Of a DNA stretch of 64,000 bases, positions 39,520 through 48,235 are shown piece by piece. The stretch covers positions 451,277 to 515,276 of the forward strand of contig JAKLFA010000001.1 of NCBI GenBank assembly GCA_022711395.1, read 5' to 3'. Origin of the DNA: Candidatus Omnitrophota bacterium. Lineage in GTDB: Bacteria > Omnitrophota > Gorgyraeia > Zapsychrales > JANLHA01. The position numbers were made by a program, and so were the translations under genes. Position 1 is the stretch's first letter, and every line of letters starts with the position of its first letter. Under the pieces are notes generated by a model, which ran no database searches, was not told the origin of the DNA, and saw only the letters and a list, made by a program, of their open reading frames with translations.

Positions 39520-39660
39520 ATGCATATTATTATCTTAACTTACACGATTTTTCATGTTCGAAAAGGCGCGGCTGTAGCGGTCGTTGTTCTAGCCGTCGTG
39601 CGTCCACCGCCTGTCAGGGTTTACCGTATTTTTTGGAGCCCTGCTGGCCAAGGATGCTAG
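39520..39660 (+). CDS. Leader peptide 2 (46 aa, MHIIILTYTIFHVRKGAAVAVVVLAVVRPPPVRVYRIFWSPAGQGC). Alternative in-frame start at 39376 gives 94 aa.
   Basis: Ile run (att att atc tta) and Val/Leu run (gta gcg gtc gtt gtt cta gcc gtc gtg) immediately upstream of a terminator. The stop codon lies inside the terminator stem. Confidence 0.5.
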   Translation: MHIIILTYTIFHVRKGAAVAVVVLAVVRPPPVRVYRIFWSPAGQGC

Positions 39661-39674
39661 CAGGGCTTTTTTGT
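39629..39674 (+). terminator. Attenuator terminator 2
   Basis: gccctgctgg-ccaaggatg-ctagcagggc followed by tttttt. Upstream caggg (about 39615) can pair alternatively with ccctg of the stem. Confidence 0.7.
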
Positions 39675-39709
39675 TGTCAATAACTCATAATTGAGAAAGG
39701 AGGGGGGAT

Positions 39710-39850
39710 ATGAGCGACGAAGATCCGACAGATGGGTTTATCCGTGGTTCTCAAGAGGATTATTGTTGTAATCCTCGGTTTCAGGAGTATCCGTGGTGGG
39801 ATGATTTTGAATATATTGAGTTTTTTTTGCCTTGGAATATTGACATATAA
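39710..39850 (+). CDS. Small ORF, 46 aa, acidic, Trp/Phe/Cys-rich (MSDEDPTDGFIRGSQEDYCCNPRFQEYPWWDDFEYIEFFLPWNIDI)
   Basis: Very strong SD gaaaggagggggat 6 nt upstream. Not in the supplied track because it is under 60 aa. Confidence 0.4.
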   Translation: MSDEDPTDGFIRGSQEDYCCNPRFQEYPWWDDFEYIEFFLPWNIDI

Positions 39851-39858
39851 AATTTTAA

Positions 39859-39886
39859 TTTACATATAATTATTATATGTTAGAAT
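39859..39886 (+). promoter_or_regulatory. Candidate ilvC promoter TTTACA-16-TAGAAT with a perfect 19-bp palindrome (acatataat-t-attatatgt, 39862-39880) occupying the spacer
   Basis: Palindrome arms are exact reverse complements. Flanking tttaca (39859-64) and tagaat (39881-86). Confidence 0.45.
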
Positions 39887-39959
39887 GAAATTCCAAATTA
39901 AGGGTAAAAAAGTGTAAAAAATATTCAAAATTTAACGTTTTTTAAAGGAAGGATCGAAA

Positions 39960-40952
39960 ATGGCTAAGATTTATTATGATAATGACGCAGACTTGAACGC
40001 TCTGCAGGGAAAGGTCATTGGGGTCATCGGTTATGGGATCCAGGGCCGTGCTCAGGCGTTGAATCTCAGGGATTCAGGTTTGAAAGTGATGGTCAGTGAG
40101 GTGAAAGATACGCCGAATTACGCGCAGGCGGTTGAAGATGGGTTTAAACCGGTCGAAGCCAAAACTATCGCAAAGAAAGCGGATGTGATCCAGATTCTGA
40201 CCCAAGACCATGTGCAGGCCGCGTTGTATCGTAAGGCGATCCGAAGGTATTTAAAGGCCGGTAAATCGCTGGTTTTTTCACACGGATTCAATATTCACTT
40301 TAAACAGATCGTTCCTCCGGCTGATGTCGATGTCTGGATGATCGCTCCTAAAGGACCAGGGTCTTTGGTTCGCCGTCAGTATGAGGAGGGTAAAGGTGTT
40401 CCGTGTTTGGTCGCGATCCATCAGAATGCTTCAGGCCATGCTTTGAAAGACGCTTTGGCTTATGCCAAAGGGATCGGTGGTGCCAGAGCCGGGGTCATTG
40501 AGACGACTTTTAAAGAAGAAACAGAAACAGACCTTTTTGGTGAACAGGCTGTTCTCTGCGGCGGTGCCAGTGAACTTGTTAAGGCCGGGTTTGAGACGCT
40601 GGTCGAGGCGGGATATCAGCCTGAGATCGCTTATTTTGAATGCCTTCATGAGCTAAAGCTGATCGTTGACCTTTTTTATGAGGTCGGTATCCAGGGCATG
40701 CGCAAGCGCGTTTCGGATACGGCTGAATACGGGGATTATTCACGCGGTCCACGGATCATTAATGACCGTACCCGTAAGGAGATGAAGAAAATTTTGAAAG
40801 AGGTCCAGTCCGGGAAATTCGCCCGCGAATGGATCCGCGAAAACCGTCGAGGCAGGAAGAATTTCAATGCCATGCGCGCTGCCGGTGAGAATCACCAGAT
40901 CGAAAAAGTCGGTCAACAGCTGCGCAGCATGATGCCTTGGATGAAAAAGTAA
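39960..40952 (+). CDS. ilvC: Ketol-acid reductoisomerase (class I)
   Basis: [29 protein letters not shown] site. Length 330 aa. Confidence 0.95.
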   Translation: MAKIYYDNDADLNALQGKVIGVIGYGIQGRAQALNLRDSGLKVMVSEVKDTPNYAQAVEDGFKPVEAKTIAKKADVIQILTQDHVQAALYRKAIRRYLKAGKSLVFSHGFNIHFKQIVPPADVDVWMIAPKGPGSLVRRQYEEGKGVPCLVAIHQNASGHALKDALAYAKGIGGARAGVIETTFKEETETDLFGEQAVLCGGASELVKAGFETLVEAGYQPEIAYFECLHELKLIVDLFYEVGIQGMRKRVSDTAEYGDYSRGPRIINDRTRKEMKKILKEVQSGKFAREWIRENRRGRKNFNAMRAAGENHQIEKVGQQLRSMMPWMKK

Positions 40953-41016
40953 ACGGGATACATGCTACAGAACACAGACGCGATGATGAAGTGTCTGTGA
41001 CTGTCGGAGAATAGAG

Positions 41017-42564
41017 ATGAGCAAGAATAAAGTTTTGATGTTTGATACAACCTTACGGGATGGTGAACAGGCTCCTGGAGCGAGTTTGAACGAGAAGGAG
41101 AAGCTCGAGATCGCTTATGCCTTGGAACGTTTGGGCGTGGATATCATTGAGGCGGGATTTCCGATCAGTTCTCCGGGAGATTTCGCGGCGGTCCAAAAAA
41201 TCGCCAAGGCTATTAAACATTCGACGATCTGCGGTCTGGCTCGATCGATCAAGAAGGATATCGATGCCGTCTACGATGCGGTGAAGGTGGCAGAAAGTGG
41301 ACGCATTCATGTTTTTGTCGCCACTTCCAAGATCCATCTGACGCATAAATTAAAAAAGAATAAAGATGAGGTCCTGGAAATGGCAGTAGATTCGGTGAAG
41401 TATGCCAAATCCAAGATGTCGGATATCGAGTTCTCACCTGAGGACGCTTCTCGCAGCGAACGGGATTTCCTGTTCCGAATTCTGGAAGCGGTCATCAAGG
41501 CGGGCGCCAAGACGGTCAATATTCCGGACACGGTCGGTTATACAAACCCGGTCGAGTACGCGGAGCTGATCACGGATATCCGCAACAATGTGCCGAACAT
41601 CAATAAGGCCGTGATCTCCGTTCATTGTCATGATGATCTGGGACTGGGGGTGGCGAACTCTTTGGCGGCCATTAAGGCCGGGGCCAGGCAGGCGGAATGC
41701 ACGATCAACGGCATTGGCGAGCGGGCCGGGAATGCCGCCCTGGAGGAGATCGTGATGGCGTTAAGGACCCGCAAGGATTATTTCGGGGTCGCGACGAATA
41801 TCAATACGAAAGAGATCTTGAGAGTATCGCGCCTTGTTTCGAAGCTGACCGGATTTCCGGTTCCGCCGAACAAGGCCATCGTTGGGGCGAACGCCTTCGC
41901 GCACGAATCCGGCATCCATCAGCACGGAGTTTTAAGCAACAGGTCTACGTATGAGATCATGAAGCCTGAAGACGTGGGAGTTTCCACCAGCGGTCTGGTT
42001 TTGGGCAAGCATTCAGGACGGCACGCGTTCCGTGAACGTCTAAAGACGTTGGGCGTTGATCTTTCCGAAGAAGATTTAACGCGCGCTTTTGAGCGTTTTA
42101 AGATCGTAGCAGACAAGAAAAAAGAGGTTTTTGATGATGACCTGCTGGCCATTGTTGATGATGAGGCCAGGACCTATGAACCGGTCTGGGAGCTGGAAGA
42201 CCTGACCATCACCAGCGGCGCCAAGATCAATCCCAAAGCAGAGGTTGTCCTGAAATCTCGTGAAGGGAAAGTCCTGCGCAAATCATCGTCCGGTGACGGG
42301 CCGGTTGATGCCTGTTACAAAGCGATCGACAACATGACCTCTGTTTCCGGCAAATTGCTGGATTATTCCATCCGTTCTGTGACGCGGGGGAAGGACGCTT
42401 TTGGAGAGGCCACGGTGAAAGTCCAGTTCAAGGATATGCACACGGTTGTTGCACATGCCATCAGCACGGATATTGTTGTGGCATCTGCCAAGGCTTATAT
42501 TAACGCGCTCAATAAAGTATTGAACGATCATCCCAAAAAATCCATAGATGGGTCCAATATCTGA
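41017..42564 (+). CDS. leuA: 2-isopropylmalate synthase / citramalate synthase family (LeuA-type with C-terminal regulatory domain)
   Basis: LRDGEQAPGASL, HxH (SVHCHDDLG) and C-terminal LeuA-dimer domain. LeuA versus CimA cannot be resolved by eye. Confidence 0.85.
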   Translation: MSKNKVLMFDTTLRDGEQAPGASLNEKEKLEIAYALERLGVDIIEAGFPISSPGDFAAVQKIAKAIKHSTICGLARSIKKDIDAVYDAVKVAESGRIHVFVATSKIHLTHKLKKNKDEVLEMAVDSVKYAKSKMSDIEFSPEDASRSERDFLFRILEAVIKAGAKTVNIPDTVGYTNPVEYAELITDIRNNVPNINKAVISVHCHDDLGLGVANSLAAIKAGARQAECTINGIGERAGNAALEEIVMALRTRKDYFGVATNINTKEILRVSRLVSKLTGFPVPPNKAIVGANAFAHESGIHQHGVLSNRSTYEIMKPEDVGVSTSGLVLGKHSGRHAFRERLKTLGVDLSEEDLTRAFERFKIVADKKKEVFDDDLLAIVDDEARTYEPVWELEDLTITSGAKINPKAEVVLKSREGKVLRKSSSGDGPVDACYKAIDNMTSVSGKLLDYSIRSVTRGKDAFGEATVKVQFKDMHTVVAHAISTDIVVASAKAYINALNKVLNDHPKKSIDGSNI

Positions 42565-42566
42565 GC

Positions 42567-43436
42567 ATGGAAGATGAGCAGATCACAACATATGGCCTGA
42601 TCGGCTATCCCTTGGGCCATAGCCTGTCGCCATTGATGCACAACACGGCATTCCGCGCGCTTGATGTGGATGCTGTCTATAAATTATTCCCCTTAAAAGA
42701 TGAGGAAGTGGAGCCATTTTTTCGTCGGCTCAAAGCTGCAGAAAGCCCGATCTTCGGGATCAATGTCACGGTCCCTTATAAAGAAAAGGTCATTCCTTTT
42801 CTGGACGCGTTGTCTCCCTATGCCCAAAAGGTCATGGCTGTTAATACGGTCGTGATCACGGAAAAGCGCGAGTTGATCGGGCATAACACGGATGGCCCAG
42901 GATTTCTTGCCCACTTAAATGAGCTGAATTGCTCATTGCAGGGAAAGAGGGTTTCGATTTTAGGCGCGGGAGGAGCGGCGCGGGCTATTATAAGCGTGCT
43001 CTGTCTGCAGGCTGATGGGCCTGATTCCGTGCGCCTTTATGATATGGAAAAGGAAAAGGCAAGATTTTTGGTGAGCGATCTGGGCCAAAGGATGGATACC
43101 TCCGTGGTAAAAGTGGTGGACAGTATTGATGACCTCAATATCGAATTTGCGGACATTTTGATCAATGCGACACCCGTTGGTTTGAAAAAAGATGATCCTC
43201 TTTTGGTCAGCCAGGAACTTTTGCATAAAGATCTTTTTGTTTATGATCTTATCTATAATCCGGCCCGGACCAAGCTTTTGCAAATGGCGGCTGATCATGG
43301 CTGCCGCGTTTCAAACGGCTTGGGGATGCTTCTCTATCAAGGGATCCTGGCTTTTGAGCACTGGGCCAATGTCGAGCTTTCGGAGGTCATCCGTGAGCAA
43401 ATGAGGATGAGCCTGGAACGCGGGGAGGTGATATGA
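42567..43436 (+). CDS. aroE: Shikimate dehydrogenase
   Basis: YGLIGYPLGHSLSPLMHN. Gly-rich NADP site ILGAGGAARA. Confidence 0.9.
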   Translation: MEDEQITTYGLIGYPLGHSLSPLMHNTAFRALDVDAVYKLFPLKDEEVEPFFRRLKAAESPIFGINVTVPYKEKVIPFLDALSPYAQKVMAVNTVVITEKRELIGHNTDGPGFLAHLNELNCSLQGKRVSILGAGGAARAIISVLCLQADGPDSVRLYDMEKEKARFLVSDLGQRMDTSVVKVVDSIDDLNIEFADILINATPVGLKKDDPLLVSQELLHKDLFVYDLIYNPARTKLLQMAADHGCRVSNGLGMLLYQGILAFEHWANVELSEVIREQMRMSLERGEVI

Positions 43437-44446
43437 GCGAACAAGTTTTAATAGATATCGCTGTTTTCTTTTTTGGGACGATCATCGGGAGCTTTCTCAA
43501 CGTCTGTATCGTGCGTTTGCCTAAATCCGAGTCGATCGTGCGGCCGCGCTCCCATTGCACGGTCTGCAAAAAAACGATCCCCTGGCATGATAATATTCCG
43601 CTGTTTTCTTATCTGATTTTGGGTGGTCGTTGCCGTTTTTGCCGCTCCAAATACTCGTTCCGGTATTTTCTTGTTGAATTTCTGACGGGAATGGTGTTCT
43701 TGGGGTTCTTTCGGTATTACGGCCTGACGGCGGTCACGTTGGCGTATTGGGTGATGCTGTCTTGTTTTATTATCGCAACGTTCGTGGATTTTGAGCATCG
43801 GATCATTCCGGATGAGGTCAGCGTTGGAGGGATGTGCGTTGGATTTATTTTAAGCTGTCTGATCCCGGGGCTCCATCAGATCTCGGAAAATGCCCTGGCC
43901 GTGGGGCAACTGAGTATGCGAATTATTGTTGTGGCATGTCTTCTGGTCCATTTGCTTGATTTTTGGGCCCATAAAAGAAAACCCGACCAAGAAGACAAGG
44001 TATTATTCTTTATCATCATTATGCTTTTGGCTCTCCAGTGGGGTTGCGCGTTTCTGCTGGCGCGGATCAATCCAGCGGAAAAGATCTTTCCTTATATCCG
44101 GAGCGCGGATGCGTCATTGATCGGTCTTTTGTTCGGTGGCGGAATGATCTATGCGATGGGGCTGATCGGCGATGTGATCTTTCGTAAAGAATCCATGGGT
44201 GGGGGAGATGTGAAGTTGATGGCCCTTATGGGTGCTTTTCTGGGCTGGAAGGTCGCGTTTTTGACGTTTTTTATCGCTCCGTTTTTTGGCGCTGTTTACG
44301 GGGTGGCAGAAAAGATCCGCACCAAGGATAGCGCGATCGCTTACGGGCCTTTTTTGGTCTTGGGGTGTTTGCTCAGCATGTTCTTGGGCGATCAGATCAT
44401 CACATGGGTCCTGGGCCAGTATGGCATCTATAACCCGTCCTTGTGA
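43433..44446 (+). CDS. pilD: Type IV prepilin peptidase (A24 family)
   Basis: N-terminal Cys-tetrad region CTVCKK...CRFCRS. Multiple TM helices. Catalytic D-containing motifs. ATGA overlap with aroE. Confidence 0.85.
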   Translation: MSEQVLIDIAVFFFGTIIGSFLNVCIVRLPKSESIVRPRSHCTVCKKTIPWHDNIPLFSYLILGGRCRFCRSKYSFRYFLVEFLTGMVFLGFFRYYGLTAVTLAYWVMLSCFIIATFVDFEHRIIPDEVSVGGMCVGFILSCLIPGLHQISENALAVGQLSMRIIVVACLLVHLLDFWAHKRKPDQEDKVLFFIIIMLLALQWGCAFLLARINPAEKIFPYIRSADASLIGLLFGGGMIYAMGLIGDVIFRKESMGGGDVKLMALMGAFLGWKVAFLTFFIAPFFGAVYGVAEKIRTKDSAIAYGPFLVLGCLLSMFLGDQIITWVLGQYGIYNPSL

Positions 44447-44474
44447 TAGGATCGAATAAATACGCTGTTGATAT

Positions 44475-44504
44475 TTGACACTTCTTTGAGGCGTGTGTTA
44501 CAAT
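44475..44504 (+). promoter_or_regulatory. Promoter TTGACA-18-TGtTACAAT placing the TSS at or next to the aroK ATG (leaderless candidate)
   Basis: ttgaca at 44475-80, tg at 44496-97, tacaat at 44499-504. ATG at 44511. Confidence 0.45.
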
Positions 44505-44510
44505 CGCGGC

Positions 44511-45029
44511 ATGATGAACGAAAAAAATATCGCTTTAATCGGATTTATGGGCGCGGGCAAGACCGTAGTCTCCGATCTTCTTGCGCAAAGGCTCGGCCGT
44601 CGACGCAGGGCGATCGATGACCTGATCATTGAGGCTGACGGAAGACAGATCGGCGATATTTTTTCACAGAGCGGCGAGCCGTATTTCCGCGAGCTTGAAT
44701 CACGCGTGATCGCTGAGGTGGTCCAAGATAAGGGCCTTGTCATTGATTGCGGTGGCGGTGTGGTATTGAAAGAGGAAAATGTACGGCGTTTGAAGAACGG
44801 AGGCCTGATCGTGTATCTTAAGGCTGATCCGGACGTGATCTATGAGAGGGTCAAAGACCAGACGCATCGGCCGTTGTTGAATGTGGGCGACCCGAAAAAA
44901 AAGATCACGGAGCTGATGTCTGTTCGAGAGGGGATTTATGAGAAGGCCGCGGATCGGTGTGTTGTGACTGACGGAAAAACGCCTGAAGAAATTGTTGAAG
45001 AGATCGCTGGGTTTTTAGGAATGGCTTAG
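44511..45029 (+). CDS. aroK: Shikimate kinase
   Basis: IALIGFMGAGKTVVSDLLAQRLG Walker A. Confidence 0.9.
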   Translation: MMNEKNIALIGFMGAGKTVVSDLLAQRLGRRRRAIDDLIIEADGRQIGDIFSQSGEPYFRELESRVIAEVVQDKGLVIDCGGGVVLKEENVRRLKNGGLIVYLKADPDVIYERVKDQTHRPLLNVGDPKKKITELMSVREGIYEKAADRCVVTDGKTPEEIVEEIAGFLGMA

Positions 45030-45064
45030 GCTGCTTAAGGTTGCGGGAGAATGGTGAGGGTGTT

Positions 45065-46177
45065 ATGACAGAGCGTGAGGCGTTGATGTGCTTGAACGCC
45101 GTGCCGGGTTTGGGTTCGGTGACCATGAACAAATTGACGGAGTTCTTTGAAAATGCACAGGGTGGTTTTGATCTGAATCAAGGTCGGGAAGCCTGGGGCC
45201 GGTTTTTGCGAAGGCCGGCGAGGGAGGCATTGGAAACGTTCTCGGTAGAACGGTTTCTTAAAGAGGAGCGGGCCTTGCTGGAACAGCACGGGGTAGCGGT
45301 GCTGATCAAGAGGGACGCTGATTATCCGTTTCTTTTGAAAGAGATCCCGGACCCGCCACAGATTCTTTATATTAAAGGTGATGCGCGGGTATTGCAATCC
45401 CTGTCCGTCTCGATCGTTGGCTCACGGCAATGCAGCGTTTATGGATTATCTGTGGCTGAAGAGCTTGCAGGCCGTTGCGCGTCTTTGGGGATCACTGTTG
45501 TTTCCGGTTTGGCGCGCGGGATCGATACAGCTGCCCATCGGGGAGCGATGAAGGCCGGAGGGGCGACGGTGGCAGTTTTGGGCAATGGTCTTTCCAGGAT
45601 TTATCCTCCTGAAAATGCGGCTTTGGCTGATGAGATCGCGTCGTCCTCGGGGGCTCTTGTTTCAGAGTTTTCCATGGCGACACCTCCTCATGCCGGAAAT
45701 TTTCCCCGCCGTAACCGCGTGATCAGCGGCTTGGCGCTGGGCACGGTGGTCGTGGAAGCTGCCGAGCGGAGTGGGGCGTTGATCACGGTGCGCTACGCGC
45801 TTGAACAGGGAAGGGAAGTTTTCGCGGTTCCCGGACCGATTCACCGCAGGACAAGTATCGGCGTTCATCAGCTGATCAAGCAGGGCGCAAAAATTGTTTG
45901 TGGAGTCGAAGATATTTTGGAAGAATTGGCCCCGCGCATCCGGGCTGGCTTGGGTCAGAATGAAACCATGCTCTCCAGGAAGGAGGTCTTGTCAGAAGCT
46001 GAACATAACGTTTTTAAGCATTTGTCCGATGATCCTGTGCATTTTGAACATCTTGCCGCGCTTGCGCAGAGGCCGGCGGCAGAAGTCATGGGGGTCATCT
46101 CATCTTTGGAGTGCGGACATTGGGTCCGAAGGGTCAAAGGGAACTTTTTTGTTCGATCGCACAACGTTGTCCAATGA
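45065..46177 (+). CDS. dprA: DNA-processing protein DprA (Smf)
   Basis: RBS ggtgaggg. Rossmann-like DprA motifs SIVGSRQCSVYG, SGLARGIDTAAHRGA. C-terminal winged-helix region. Confidence 0.85.
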   Translation: MTEREALMCLNAVPGLGSVTMNKLTEFFENAQGGFDLNQGREAWGRFLRRPAREALETFSVERFLKEERALLEQHGVAVLIKRDADYPFLLKEIPDPPQILYIKGDARVLQSLSVSIVGSRQCSVYGLSVAEELAGRCASLGITVVSGLARGIDTAAHRGAMKAGGATVAVLGNGLSRIYPPENAALADEIASSSGALVSEFSMATPPHAGNFPRRNRVISGLALGTVVVEAAERSGALITVRYALEQGREVFAVPGPIHRRTSIGVHQLIKQGAKIVCGVEDILEELAPRIRAGLGQNETMLSRKEVLSEAEHNVFKHLSDDPVHFEHLAALAQRPAAEVMGVISSLECGHWVRRVKGNFFVRSHNVVQ

Positions 46178-46196
46178 AAGTGAATGAAACCGATTT

Positions 46197-48155
46197 ATGG
46201 CAAACAAGCTCGTTATTGTTGAGTCCCCGACAAAGATCAAGACGATCAGTAAGATTTTAGGCAAAAGTTATAAGGTCACCTCATCCATGGGGCATTTGAT
46301 CGATCTGCCGAAGTCTTCTTTGGGTGTTGATGTTGATCATGATTTTGAACCAAAAATGATCGTGGTCCGTTCAAAACAGAAGATCTTAAGCCAACTCAAA
46401 AAAGAGGCCGCCACCAAAAAAGAGATCTATTTCGCGACGGACCCTGACCGCGAAGGGGAGGCCATCGGCTGGAACCTTGCGCAGCATTTGGGAGAAGGCA
46501 AAGACATCTACCGGGTGACATTCCAGGAGATCACCAAAGACGCGGTCTTGCGCGCTTTTGAAAAGCCGCGCAAATTCAATGAGAATTTGATCAACGCGCA
46601 GATGGCCCGTCGGATCTTGGACCGGATCGTTGGCTATAAGATCAGCCCTTTGCTTTGGAAGAAAGTGGGTTCGCGCTTGAGCGCCGGGCGCGTGCAGAGC
46701 GTTGCGTTGCGGCTTGTGGTCGAACGGGAGAAAGACATCCGGAATTTTATCCCGAAGGAATATTGGCAGATCGCCGTGGACCTGCAAAAACAAGGGGTCG
46801 ATGGCCTTTTGACGGCGCAGCTTGAAAGGATCAACGGCGAAAAATTTGAACTTAAAACGCAGGCGGAATCCCAAGCGATCGTTGATGAATTGAAGGCCGG
46901 GTCGTATGTGGTCTCGGGCATGACCGAGCGCCAGCGCCAGCGTAAACCGTTGGCACCTTTTATTACCAGCACAATGCAGCAAGAGGCCTTCACAAAGCTT
47001 GGGTTCAATGCCGACCGCACGATGCGGGTCGCCCAGCAACTTTATGAAGGGGTCGATATCGGTAACGGTGAGACCGTCGGTTTGATCACCTACATGCGTA
47101 CCGATTCGGTCAATATCGCGCAGGAAGCTTTAGGAAAGCTCCGCATCTTTATTGACAAGGAATATGGCGCGGAATATCTACCCGAGCAGCCCAATGTTTA
47201 CCGTTCCAAAAAATCCGCGCAGGAGGCCCATGAAGCGATACGGCCGACGGATGTTCTTCTTAAGCCGGCTGATGTGGAAGCGTTTTTGGAGAGGGACCAG
47301 TTCCGATTGTATGAACTGATCTGGCGCAGGTTCGTCAGTTCCCAGATGCCGCCGGCAATTTACAAGAACCGCAGGCTTGAGATCTCTGCGGGAAGGTTCC
47401 AGTTCGCGGCCACGGGCTCTATTATTGTTTTTGAAGGGTTCTTGCGTGCCAGCCAGGATAAAGTGGATGATGAGGCCCCGATCGACCTTTCTCAATATGA
47501 CAAGGGTGATTCTCTTTCCCTGGTTGAGGTCAAACCATCCCAGCACTTCACCAAACCGCCGCCCCGCTATTCGGACGCCAGCCTTGTTAAGGCGCTTGAA
47601 GAGGACGGGATCGGACGACCCAGCACATATGCCTCGATCATTCAGACGCTCGTCAACCGCAATTATGTCCTGCGTGATAAGGGGTATTTCCGGGCGACGG
47701 ACCTTGGCATCCAGGTTTGCGATCTTCTAATCGCTTATTTCGAGAAGATCATGGATATCAAATTCACGGCCAGCATGGAAGAGGACCTCGATAAAGTTGA
47801 GGACGGCGCGCTTGAATACGTGAAGCTGTTGAAGGAGTTTTATGAATCGTTCAAAAAAGAACTGATGTTCGCGCATGACAATATGGAGCGCACGCAAACT
47901 TTTGTTGAGCAGAAATGCACCGAATGCGGACGCCCGATGGTGGTCAAGTGGGGACGGCGGGGAAAGTTCTTGAGCTGTTCAGGATTCCCGAAATGCAAAT
48001 TCGCCAAGCCGATCACGACCGGCGTTGTCTGCCCGCAGGAAGGTTGCGGCGGGGAGCTCGTGCAGAGGTCTTCGCGCGGAGGACGGTTCTTCTATGGGTG
48101 CACGAAATATCCGCAGTGCACCTACACGTCCAACAGTCTTCCGGACCCGAAATAA
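46197..48155 (+). CDS. topA: DNA topoisomerase I (compact form with two C-terminal zinc ribbons)
   Basis: Toprim LVIVESPTKIKTI, ATDPDREGEAI. Active-site Tyr in YMRTDS. CTECGRP... and CPQEGCGG... C4 ribbons. Confidence 0.9.
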   Translation: MANKLVIVESPTKIKTISKILGKSYKVTSSMGHLIDLPKSSLGVDVDHDFEPKMIVVRSKQKILSQLKKEAATKKEIYFATDPDREGEAIGWNLAQHLGEGKDIYRVTFQEITKDAVLRAFEKPRKFNENLINAQMARRILDRIVGYKISPLLWKKVGSRLSAGRVQSVALRLVVEREKDIRNFIPKEYWQIAVDLQKQGVDGLLTAQLERINGEKFELKTQAESQAIVDELKAGSYVVSGMTERQRQRKPLAPFITSTMQQEAFTKLGFNADRTMRVAQQLYEGVDIGNGETVGLITYMRTDSVNIAQEALGKLRIFIDKEYGAEYLPEQPNVYRSKKSAQEAHEAIRPTDVLLKPADVEAFLERDQFRLYELIWRRFVSSQMPPAIYKNRRLEISAGRFQFAATGSIIVFEGFLRASQDKVDDEAPIDLSQYDKGDSLSLVEVKPSQHFTKPPPRYSDASLVKALEEDGIGRPSTYASIIQTLVNRNYVLRDKGYFRATDLGIQVCDLLIAYFEKIMDIKFTASMEEDLDKVEDGALEYVKLLKEFYESFKKELMFAHDNMERTQTFVEQKCTECGRPMVVKWGRRGKFLSCSGFPKCKFAKPITTGVVCPQEGCGGELVQRSSRGGRFFYGCTKYPQCTYTSNSLPDPK

Positions 48156-48235
48156 TTTCGGTTATCTGTTTTGCCTTATTTTTCGGCATGCTAAAATGAT
48201 CCAAGATCACGGGGTTTCAAAGGAGATGCCTTCGG

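Noticed and set aside
39600-39640. T-box riboswitch-like element (agggtttaccg resembles the T-box AGGGUGGNACCGCG)
   Set aside because: The UGGN bulge needed to pair with tRNA NCCA is replaced (UUUA). No Stem I specifier, GA-motif or AGUA features were found. The leader-peptide attenuator explanation fits better.
39376-39660. 94-aa ORF read as a genuine protein-coding gene
   Set aside because: Its 3' end runs into an intrinsic terminator stem. Its C-terminal third is a run of Ile/Val/Leu codons mirroring the upstream 28-aa leader. Better explained as a leader peptide of an attenuator (probably starting at ATG 39520).
46386-47039. 217-aa reverse ORF within topA
   Set aside because: Antisense to the topoisomerase I catalytic core, including the YMRTDS active site region.
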